Part shown: positions 57,201-64,000 of the stretch, in pieces
Position numbering within the stretch: the first letter of the stretch is position 1
Layout: each line of letters begins with the position of its first letter
Origin: an uncultured Candidatus Saccharibacteria bacterium
GTDB taxonomy: Bacteria; Patescibacteriota; Doudnabacteria; UBA920; O2-02-FULL-48-8
Assembly (NCBI GenBank): GCA_964605735.1
Contig: CAZSDS010000001.1
Location: 406,559-470,558 of the forward strand
DNA: 64,000 nt
Direction of reading: 5' to 3'
Program-made: the position numbers and the translations under genes
Notes under the pieces: model-generated
What the model saw: only the letters and a program-made list of their open reading frames with translations
Told to the model about the DNA's origin: nothing
Databases searched by the model: none

Positions 57201-57624
57201 GGGTCAGCTTTTCCCAATCATCCTTGTATTCCCAGACAGACTGTTTGCACAAACGGTTGAATTCAATGATTGACTCGCGGACAGTCGGGCGGATGGATTC
57301 AATCTGTTTTTTTCCGGAAATCTGGAGTTTTTTTTCAATTTGAAGCTCAACAGGCAAACCGTGCGTATCCCAGCCAGCTTTTCTGTTTACAAATCTGCCA
57401 CGCATTGTCTGGTAACGAGGAATCAGATCCTTGAAGGCACGGGCTTCCACGTGGTGCAGTGCTGGTTTGGCGTTGGCAGTTGGAGGGCCTTCGAAAAAGA
57501 CAAAAGGTTTGCCATCTTTGGTTTGTTCCAGGCTTTTTTCAAAAATTTTGTTGTCTTCCCAGAACTTAAGGACGTTTTCTTCCATCTCCGGAAAGTTGGG
57601 TTTTGGATTAAATTCTTTGTTCAT
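54208..57624 (-). CDS. ileS: Isoleucine--tRNA ligase (type 2) with inserted histidine-phosphatase domain
   Basis: GPPTAN.P-ALHH, GWDTHGLPVE, WTTTPWTLPGN, DWAISRERYWGTP, DQTRGWF, KMSKS; internal RHGE...SD..RT..T...LRE...VTHG. Confidence 0.96.
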   Translation of the reverse strand: MNKEFNPKPNFPEMEENVLKFWEDNKIFEKSLEQTKDGKPFVFFEGPPTANAKPALHHVEARAFKDLIPRYQTMRGRFVNRKAGWDTHGLPVELQIEKKLQISGKKQIESIRPTVRESIIEFNRLCKQSVWEYKDDWEKLTHRMGYWVDMKNPYITYHNKYIESIWNILKQAWDKDLVYLGHKVLPYCTRCGTALSSHEVAQGYKTVKDNSVYVKFKLKNQENTYILSWTTTPWTLPGNVALAVGKDIEYAKVKVGDEFWILAKERLEAAGENPEVVASMKGKDLLGLEYEPLFEVEFLKTPQSYKIYDADFVTTTDGTGVVHTAVVYGEDDYQLGEKVGLPKIHTVNDAGLFVPEVKELAGMYVKDEATEGKIFGHLKSHGNFARKEKYEHEYPHCWRCDTPLLYYARESWFIKMSQLREDLIKNNEQITWNPSHIKYGRFGNWLAEIKDWAISRERYWGTPLPIWKCEHCKKHQIIGSVDELKLNKNHFYIARHGEAQNVVQGIHMHYPETTPMPLTELGEKQAHELGEKIKALGGVDMIFASDLVRTKQTAEIAGKILGVEVQFDPRLREFNTGVYNGKKLEEYHKDWPVQRRWQEAPEGGESYMDLQTRMLDFVSELNSKHNGKKILLVTHGDVIWLMNQYYDVANHYPQVGEFTQIELGLTDLHRPYIDEVVLPCPYCGNDSKRVPSVLDVWFDSGAMPYAQWHAPFENANLARQQFPADFISEAIDQTRGWFYTLLAISTILGKGPAYKHVICLGHLLDEKGLKMSKSKGNIIDPWEPMNKQGVDAVRWYMYSINQPGDSKLFAERDLDLIVRKNFLTLWNVLSFFVTYSSFDKWTPSEKETDALDVLDQWILAKTQELVNSVTESLDNFDAFRASRSIEDFINELSTWYVRRSRERKGPAVYQTLYKVLKTLSLLMAPFTPFLAENIWQVLRQENDAESVHLAVWPETRTLSADETELLAAMEAVREAASVALNARKELGLPIRQPLSRLAVQTKADVQLSPELAAILASEVNVKLVDDKLVSQSGELVKTYAGTRYVQHLYLDTEISPELKLEGLARNLERIVQDMRKKSGLKVGEMVNLAYDTSDEELAKAMDLFDRKKTFVKEVSAKNLENEEPVSLDGKVIKLAIEK

Positions 57625-57640
57625 ACTTCCCTTATCTTTG

Positions 57641-57705
57641 GGGAGCAGGTCGTTCCGCTCGGCGCACGCTAATCGCAAGCACCTCGCCGGAACGAACCTG
57701 CTCCC
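57641..57705. repeat. Strong hairpin with GCTAATCGC apex just upstream of the ileS RBS
   Basis: GGGAGCAGGTCGTTCCG...CGGAACGAACCTGCTCCC. Confidence 0.6.
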
Positions 57706-57766
57706 ACACCAATTGCTAAATAAATAATTTAATAAAAACTTTTAAGGCACCTTGAGCTAACTGTGT

Positions 57767-57955
57767 AAAATAAAAAAGCCTGTTGCTTGCGATCCCTTGA
57801 ACTAAGGGAGGTGCCATCGCAATTCCAAAAAAGGCTCTCGCTTATGCTTTTTTACGTTAAGCGCAACGGGCAGGTCTACTTATTTCTTCTGCCAGCTCCC
57901 TTTTGGGATTCCGGTTGATAGCCGGTCTGCCTCGCCAGAGGCAAGCTTTTTGAAT
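57767..57955 (-). ncRNA. T-box riboswitch (Ile; ultrashort stem I, class II-like)
   Basis: CCGG-CT-ATC-AA-CCGG specifier hairpin; stem II GGCAG-AAGAA...AGTAGA-CCTGCC; antiterminator TTGCGA-TGGCACC-TCCCTT/AAGGGA-TCGCAA; TGTGGTATAAT promoter; located upstream of ileS. Confidence 0.85.
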
Positions 57956-57999
57956 GCCTAAATTATACCACAAATCCCAAAATCTGTTAAACTTTGTAT

Positions 58000-58449
58000 A
58001 TGCCAAGTCTAGCCTCCAACAAAAAAGCTTTCCACACCTACTCTATTGAAGATTCTCTAGAGGCTGGCATTGTCTTGGAAGGACCAGAGGTGAAAAGCGC
58101 AAGAAATGGCCAAGTCAGTTTAAGTGGCGCTTACGTGACCATCAAAGGCGGCGAAGCCTATTTAAAGAATGCCTTTATCGCCAAATACAAAAATGCACCA
58201 CAACAAGAGCTATATAATGAATACCGCGACCGCAAACTTCTTCTCCACAAAGACCAGATATCAAAGCTGGCACACCGGCTGGATGAAAAAGGCACAGCAA
58301 TTGTTCCGCTTGAAATTTACACCAGCAAACGGCGGATTAAAGTGAAAATTGCAGTTGGAAAAGGTAAAAAGCAATTCGACAAACGCGCAACCATTAAAGA
58401 AAAAGAATCCAAACGAAAAATTGATCGAACCTTGCGCCAAAGAGTCTAA
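58000..58449 (+). CDS. smpB: SsrA-binding protein SmpB
   Basis: NKKA...Y...EAGIVL.G.EVKS.R, R.RKLLLH, GKK.FDKR. Confidence 0.97.
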   Translation: MPSLASNKKAFHTYSIEDSLEAGIVLEGPEVKSARNGQVSLSGAYVTIKGGEAYLKNAFIAKYKNAPQQELYNEYRDRKLLLHKDQISKLAHRLDEKGTAIVPLEIYTSKRRIKVKIAVGKGKKQFDKRATIKEKESKRKIDRTLRQRV

Positions 58450-58461
58450 AAAAACACCTTC

Positions 58462-59514
58462 TCAGGTGTTTTTTTCAACTCCAGCGACTGTGGTGGATAT
58501 GCTGATAATGCTGTTGTAAAGTGCGACCTGGCTTAAGGCGCGTGCTTTATTGTGCGCCTTCCTGCTCTTATATTTAGTTTCATCCCAGCCAAAATACGAA
58601 TCCTCAACATAGTCATTAAGGAAGCGCGTAGCAAGCCCAAGAATAATGTAAGTAACTGCCTGAGGAATAAGTCTGTATTCCCGCTCAGAAAGATAGCCTG
58701 TTGCTTGTAATCTATACCCTTCCAAAAAGGCGTTGGCTATTTCTAAGTTAAACGAATTGGCAGGATCATCTTCCTTTTTTCCGCACCACGAGCGCAGTGC
58801 ATCTCCCAAATCATACAAAGGACTTAACTTCTGTATGGTATCCAGATCTATCATACAAATCGCTTCTTTGTTTTCATTGAATACAAAGTTCGATATCTTA
58901 GGATCAGCATGGATAATCCTAAGCGGCAAATCAGAAGGTAAGGCCAGTTTTGGCAGCGCGTTCAGTATAAGCTCAGTTGCCTCTCGCACAGCAGGGTCTT
59001 CGTCAGAAAGAAGCTGGTCTTTGTATTTTTTCAACTTGGATATTTCATTTTCATATCTAAAAGATTTGCGGCCATCTTCAAGCGGCTTTGGGTACTTTGT
59101 CATTGCCAGGTGAAACTCTGCCAGTTTTCTGCCTGCCTCATAGGCCAGCTCAGGATCGTTAGTCTGGTTGAAAATTTTACCTTTTACGCCTCGGAGCAAA
59201 CGCCAGCGCCAGCCGGTCAGTTCACTATCCTCCACCCAGATACAGTCTGATTTTGTCTTAACCAGACTTTGGGCTGCCATGCCTAATCCCTTTAGATATT
59301 CTGTTACGTTCAAATAATTATGCATTGCCCCATCCATTGATACAGCAGGGTGAACAAACTGCAGCACGTATAAATCAGAATCATTTTTCCCCACATGGAA
59401 AAGAAAGACTTTGTTAACCAAGCCATGAGTTTGCTCGTGGAGTTCCACTTTATCCAGATTTATTCCTGGTATGTCCCAGTTACCAAGAATTGATTTTGGG
59501 TCAATGTCAGTCAT
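58462..59514 (-). CDS. APH/homoserine kinase II-like phosphotransferase (N-acetylhexosamine kinase-like)
   Basis: GLVN, IHADPKISN, IDLDT, YDLGDALRSW. Confidence 0.85.
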   Translation of the reverse strand: MTDIDPKSILGNWDIPGINLDKVELHEQTHGLVNKVFLFHVGKNDSDLYVLQFVHPAVSMDGAMHNYLNVTEYLKGLGMAAQSLVKTKSDCIWVEDSELTGWRWRLLRGVKGKIFNQTNDPELAYEAGRKLAEFHLAMTKYPKPLEDGRKSFRYENEISKLKKYKDQLLSDEDPAVREATELILNALPKLALPSDLPLRIIHADPKISNFVFNENKEAICMIDLDTIQKLSPLYDLGDALRSWCGKKEDDPANSFNLEIANAFLEGYRLQATGYLSEREYRLIPQAVTYIILGLATRFLNDYVEDSYFGWDETKYKSRKAHNKARALSQVALYNSIISISTTVAGVEKNT

Positions 59515-59607
59515 TACCGTAAAGTATACTTTATGCCAAGATTTTCCCGCAAATTGCTTAAAAAATGCACAAAAAACCGCATCTCTGCGGTTATATACAA
59601 TTTTTTT

Positions 59608-59714
59608 TGGTGGAGCAGAACTGATCAGGTGCCTGCCTGCCGTCAGGCAGGGAAAATTGCTGCTTGTCCGCCGAAGCACTAAGCGCGAAGGTGGATGGCT
59701 TTAGTTAGCCAAAT
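59608..59714. repeat. 107 bp direct repeat copy 1
   Basis: TGGTGGAGCAG...TTAGCCAAAT; one mismatch to 63765-63871; contains two palindromes. Confidence 0.92.
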
Positions 59715-59782
59715 TATAAAGCTCTGGTGAATTCTAACAGTTCTAGCTCTGGATCCAGCCTAGCTTCCTCAAACCATTTCAT

Positions 59783-62479
59783 CTATGCAAGCTTAACTTT
59801 TTCAAAGGTTATTTTTTGTGCTTTGCTATCATAAACAGCTTCAGCCTTATCGCCCTCAGTAATTTTCCCTGACAGCATCTCTCGAGCAAGTTCAGTCTCA
59901 ATCTCGGATTGAATTTTCCGTTTCAATTCTCGCGCACCAAACTCGGGCGTATAGCTTTCCTCTGAAATTTTTTCAACAACCGGTTGAGTAAAAATCAATT
60001 CAATGCCTTGTCCGCGGGCAGTCTGTCGGACCCGCTCTAACTGCAGAGTGGTGATTAATTTGATCTGCTCTTTTGTAAGCGCGTGGAAAATGATGATTTC
60101 ATCTATGCGATTTAAAAATTCGGGACGGAACCGTAAACGCAATGTTTCCATTAAGCTCTCCTTTAACTGTTCAGTTGATTTTTGCTCTTGCTTTTTAGCG
60201 GTAAGATTGCTTTGAATAATATCAGACCCAATATTACTCGTGGCAATAATAATCGTATTAGTGAAATCAACCAGCCGTCCCTTACCGTCGGTTAATCGAC
60301 CGTCATCAAATATTTGCAACAAAATATTATAAACATCGGGGTGAGCTTTTTCGATTTCATCTAAAAGAATGACACTATACGGGCGTCTTCGTACCGCCTC
60401 AGTCAACTGACCACCCTCCTCGTAGCCGACATATCCTGGCGGTGCTCCGACCAGCCGAGAAACTGCATGTCGTTCCATGTATTCACTCATGTCAATCCTG
60501 ATCATCGCATCTTCATCTCCAAAAACTGTCCATGCCAGGGCTTTGGCTAACTCTGTTTTTCCAACTCCTGTTGGGCCTAAAAACATAAAATTTGCAATCG
60601 GTCTGTCTTTGGCCGAAAGACCCGCTCGGGATCTTCTAATGGCATCAGAAACAGATACCACAGCCTGATCCTGCCCAATCACCCGCTCGTGTAATTTTTT
60701 CTCTAATTGCAGAAGCTTGTCTCTCTCTTCTTGGGTTAGCTCATAAACTGGGATACCTGTGATTTTTGAAACCACTTGTGCGATATGCTCTTTAGTAACT
60801 TCTGCGGTGGTAACGCCTTTTTGTTTGCGCCAAGCACTTTCTTTTTCTCCTCGAGTAATTTCCATTTTTTTAATTTGAGCCTCCTGCTTTTTAGCAGTAT
60901 CAAATTGTTTATGACCTACAGCGTAATCATGTTCTCTTTTGAGCTTAGTAATCTCATCATCGATTTGTTTAACCGCTTCCGGTCGGGAGGAGATGGTGAT
61001 TCTAACTCTGGATGCGGCCTGATCTATAAGATCGATGGCTTTATCAGGCAGAAATCGATTACTTATGTATCTATTTGATAATTCAGCGGCTGCGACAATG
61101 GCTTCGTCGCTGATTTTAACCTTGTGATGAGCTTCATAACGGTCACGAAGTCCGCGCAAAATTTCAATTGTTTGTTCAATTGTTGGCTCACTAACAAATA
61201 CTGGCTGGAATCTTCTTTCTAAGGCAGCATCCTTTTCAATATGCTTCTGGTATTCGCTTAATGTTGTAGCGCCAATAAGATGCAACTCTCCCCGGGCCAA
61301 GTGCGGTTTAATTACATTCGAAGCACTTAAGCCACCTTCATCTCCCATGCCACCGGCGCCGACAATAGTGTGCAACTCATCGATAAATAAAACCAACTCA
61401 TCTTTATGAGCTACGACTTCGTCCAGAACCTGTTTAATACGCTCTTCAAATTCCCCGCGGTATTTGGACCCTGCCACCATAGAATTTAAACTAAGCTCCA
61501 GCACTCGTTTATTTTTCAATGTCTCCGGCACTTGGTCTTGAATCACGCGTTGAGCTAATCCCTCTACAATGGCGGTTTTACCAACACCTGGTTCTCCAAT
61601 TAAGACAGGGTTATTTTTTGAGCGTCTGGAAAGTATTTCAATTGTCGTTTCAATCTCTTCAGCACGCCCAATCACAGGGTCAAGTTTGTTGTTACGCGCC
61701 AACTGGGTCAAATCACGGGAATATTTATCCAAAGTTGGGGTGGTCGTATGAGTTTCTACTCTGCCTTCCGCAGCACCTCGCCCGACAATTTTAACTATTT
61801 TTTGCCGCAAAGCTTCCGGTGTCAGTCCATATCTTCGCAGTAAATCCCCAGCCATGCCTTCGTCTTCAATTAAAAGTGACAATAATAAATGCTCAGGGCC
61901 AATATAATTATGTCCAAGTTCGTTGGCTGACTGAAAAGCAATTTCAAGTACTGTCTTAATGCGGGGGGAAATACTTAACTGAACGGTTTGGCCTTTTTCG
62001 GTCTTAAAGTTACCTTTCGGACTATTATTCTCAATAAAACTTTTGATATCGTCCGAATTTATTTTGAACTGTTTGTAAAGCTCTTTCACAACATCACTGT
62101 CCGAAATTGAATGCAAGAGATGTTCTGTATCAACTTCATCACGATTAAATTTAACTGCGGTTTGTGCGGCGTTTTGAATAAGCTCCTTGGTGTGGTCAGA
62201 AAGATATTGATCAATATCCACCGCCTCCCTATGACGAGGCAATGGGTAGCCTATGCGGGACGATAGATTTTCGAAATCATCGCCAAAATCCGAGAATAAA
62301 TCATTTAAGCCATTATTCTGGGAAAACATCCGTTCAAGTGGAGATCCTGCCTGTTGGCTCTGGAGTCTTCTTAAGTCCAGACTGCAAACACTAATCGTTT
62401 CTCTAATCCCATTTCGAATAACTGCGACTTGGTTAGTTGCCGGTCTTATTCCGCAAATATCACAAATCCGTTCAACCAT
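59783..62479 (-). CDS. Hsp100/Clp AAA+ ATPase, ClpG/ClpK-type disaggregase
   Basis: N1-like CDICG..PAT...C, SPLE.MF; EVDTEHLL...DSDVV; [13 protein letters not shown]; two AAA modules. Confidence 0.85.
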   Translation of the reverse strand: MVERICDICGIRPATNQVAVIRNGIRETISVCSLDLRRLQSQQAGSPLERMFSQNNGLNDLFSDFGDDFENLSSRIGYPLPRHREAVDIDQYLSDHTKELIQNAAQTAVKFNRDEVDTEHLLHSISDSDVVKELYKQFKINSDDIKSFIENNSPKGNFKTEKGQTVQLSISPRIKTVLEIAFQSANELGHNYIGPEHLLLSLLIEDEGMAGDLLRRYGLTPEALRQKIVKIVGRGAAEGRVETHTTTPTLDKYSRDLTQLARNNKLDPVIGRAEEIETTIEILSRRSKNNPVLIGEPGVGKTAIVEGLAQRVIQDQVPETLKNKRVLELSLNSMVAGSKYRGEFEERIKQVLDEVVAHKDELVLFIDELHTIVGAGGMGDEGGLSASNVIKPHLARGELHLIGATTLSEYQKHIEKDAALERRFQPVFVSEPTIEQTIEILRGLRDRYEAHHKVKISDEAIVAAAELSNRYISNRFLPDKAIDLIDQAASRVRITISSRPEAVKQIDDEITKLKREHDYAVGHKQFDTAKKQEAQIKKMEITRGEKESAWRKQKGVTTAEVTKEHIAQVVSKITGIPVYELTQEERDKLLQLEKKLHERVIGQDQAVVSVSDAIRRSRAGLSAKDRPIANFMFLGPTGVGKTELAKALAWTVFGDEDAMIRIDMSEYMERHAVSRLVGAPPGYVGYEEGGQLTEAVRRRPYSVILLDEIEKAHPDVYNILLQIFDDGRLTDGKGRLVDFTNTIIIATSNIGSDIIQSNLTAKKQEQKSTEQLKESLMETLRLRFRPEFLNRIDEIIIFHALTKEQIKLITTLQLERVRQTARGQGIELIFTQPVVEKISEESYTPEFGARELKRKIQSEIETELAREMLSGKITEGDKAEAVYDSKAQKITFEKVKLA

Positions 62480-62500
62480 TTGTAATTCCTTTCCAATAAT

Positions 62501-63058
62501 TCATGTTTTTAATCCGGCAGCCCTTAGGGCTCGAATGAGATTTTTATAATAATATGATCCGTCGTGGCGGACACCATTAACATAAAATGTTGGTGTGCCA
62601 TTTACACCGCTTCTGACACCACTTATAAAATCTCGATCAACTTTTGTTTTGTAAATCCTGCTGGCTAAATCATTGACAAATTTATCTGCATCCAAACCCA
62701 ATGCCTGGGCATAGCGTACTAAAGATGCCTCATCTAGAGCATCTTGATGTTCAAATAATGCGTTGTGCATTTCCCAAAACTTTCCCGCAGATCCCGCAGA
62801 TTCTGATGCTTCGGAGGCTTGCTCTGCGTGGGGGTGAATTTCTGTCAGGGGAAAATGACGATAACTAAAAAGGATTTGATTGCCGTAAACTTTTAATATG
62901 TCTTTTACTATGCCATAAACCTCGCCGCAGTGCGGGCATTCAAAATCGCCATATTCCAACATGGTTATATTACTGTTCTGATTGCCAATCACATGATCGG
63001 AAGCGTCAATGGGAGTAGTAAGTTTGGCGGTAATTGCTTGTGATTGAAATACTTCCAT
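62501..63058 (-). CDS. Cytoplasmic DsbA-like thioredoxin-fold protein
   Basis: EYGDFECPHC, RHFPL..IHP.A, GVNGTPTF; no signal peptide. Confidence 0.9.
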   Translation of the reverse strand: MEVFQSQAITAKLTTPIDASDHVIGNQNSNITMLEYGDFECPHCGEVYGIVKDILKVYGNQILFSYRHFPLTEIHPHAEQASEASESAGSAGKFWEMHNALFEHQDALDEASLVRYAQALGLDADKFVNDLASRIYKTKVDRDFISGVRSGVNGTPTFYVNGVRHDGSYYYKNLIRALRAAGLKT

Positions 63059-63337
63059 AGTAATAATTATCTCCTAATCTTCAACATAACCTTTCTAGAT
63101 AAACAAAGGTATGGGTGTTTTATCATATTGAATCCCAACAGGACTGCTAGTTTTTGTGCGTTTCTATCATTACATACAAAAGACCCCGCCTTTACCCTAG
63201 GTCTTGGCGGGGGTGTTTTCGTTCCTAATGTAACGGAGCCTAAATATAGCTATAAAAAGCCTTTTTTTCCATCAAAAAGTTTTTTCTCGCTTTGGTCTCA
63301 AAAATGGAAAACTAAAAAAAGCGCTAATGAAAGCTCT

Positions 63338-63583
63338 TTATTTTAGAAAATGTTTCTTCATAAAAGCTCTGCCTGATCCTGATTTCAAATATTTTTCAAA
63401 TTCTTTTGCTTGATCAGTATCAGTAAAAGCAAAATAACCAACTAATTCCCAAGGTTTAAATTTATTAGTGTGAGTTGATTGTCCAGCATTATGATACTCC
63501 AAACGCTTTTCATAATTTCCAGAATAACCGACGTAGTGTTGGTTTGGTTTTGAAATACTCTTGATTAGATAGACGTAAAACAT
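63338..63583 (-). CDS. Small stand-alone GIY-YIG nuclease
   Basis: YVYLI...YVGYS...RL..HN.G...T...PW......A..FEKYLKSGSGR. Confidence 0.9.
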   Translation of the reverse strand: MFYVYLIKSISKPNQHYVGYSGNYEKRLEYHNAGQSTHTNKFKPWELVGYFAFTDTDQAKEFEKYLKSGSGRAFMKKHFLK

Positions 63584-63623
63584 AAAAATGCAATCCTTAA
63601 AAATAGATTGCATTCTACAATAG

Positions 63624-63765
63624 GTCCGCCTTCGCGTAAAGCTTCCGCCTTCGTCAAGACTCCGGAGGAATAGCTTCGGCGGACAGACTTCGCCCACGAT
63701 GTTGGCAGTAATCCCAGGTGGTGAAACCAGACGTAGCTAGTCTAGCTTAATCCTGGGCGAAGTCT
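63624..63765. repeat. Cluster of nested REP-like palindromes upstream of GIY-YIG
   Basis: GTCCGCCTTCGC...GCTTCGGCGGAC containing an inner TCCGCCTTCG...CGGAGGA copy; adjacent AGACTTCGCCCA/TGGGCGAAGTCT inverted repeat. Confidence 0.8.
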
Positions 63766-63871
63766 GGTGGAGCAGAACTGATCAGGTGCCTGCCTGCCGT
63801 CAGGCAGGGAAAACTGCTGCTTGTCCGCCGAAGCACTAAGCGCGAAGGTGGATGGCTTTAGTTAGCCAAAT
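63765..63871. repeat. 107 bp direct repeat copy 2
   Basis: Matches 59608-59714 with one mismatch. Confidence 0.92.
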
Positions 63872-64000
63872 ATACCACACGTTGGTCAATTCTAGCAGTA
63901 ACCTAGCCTTAAGTCCAGTATAAAGCCTATTAGCCAAAAGCCTTGACAAAAGGCTGTTTTTGTGCTAATATTAGACGTTATAATCGGCTATTGAAAAGTG

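Noticed and set aside
59608-59714. tmRNA (ssrA) gene, suggested by the CTCCACCA end and nearby smpB
   Set aside because: No T-arm, no GGGG 5' strand upstream or downstream (so not permuted either), no tag reading frame and too short; retained only as a repeat

Overview
A 64 kb stretch of bacterial chromosome using genetic code 11, with most genes on the - strand. Gene content and style suggest a Patescibacteria/CPR (Parcubacteria-like) genome; this is an inference. Housekeeping genes include pnp, rpsO, a xer recombinase, ddl, argS, rsmA, pcrA, recO, ileS, smpB, tRNA-His and tRNA-Arg, interspersed with orphan genes that carry their own promoter, RBS and terminator. Two AT-richer accessory blocks stand out. 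(1) 2.7-10 kb: a candidate defence island with a translationally coupled KTSC + OLD/TOPRIM ATPase-nuclease pair and a MazG-like + GIY-YIG/DUF2075 helicase pair. (2) 59.6-63.9 kb: ClpG-type disaggregase, DsbA-like protein and a small GIY-YIG nuclease, bracketed by 107 bp direct repeats that end in CCACCA and contain REP-like palindromes. The strongest non-coding find is an ultrashort-stem-I (class II-like) Ile T-box riboswitch with unusual extra hairpins. It lies upstream of an IleRS that has a non-canonical ALHH signature and an inserted histidine-phosphatase domain. Other structured elements: a ~220 nt rod upstream of pnp, a candidate S15 leader, twin MarR operators and an orphan gene flanked by a duplicated terminator. 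All family calls come from motif recognition by eye, not from database searches.
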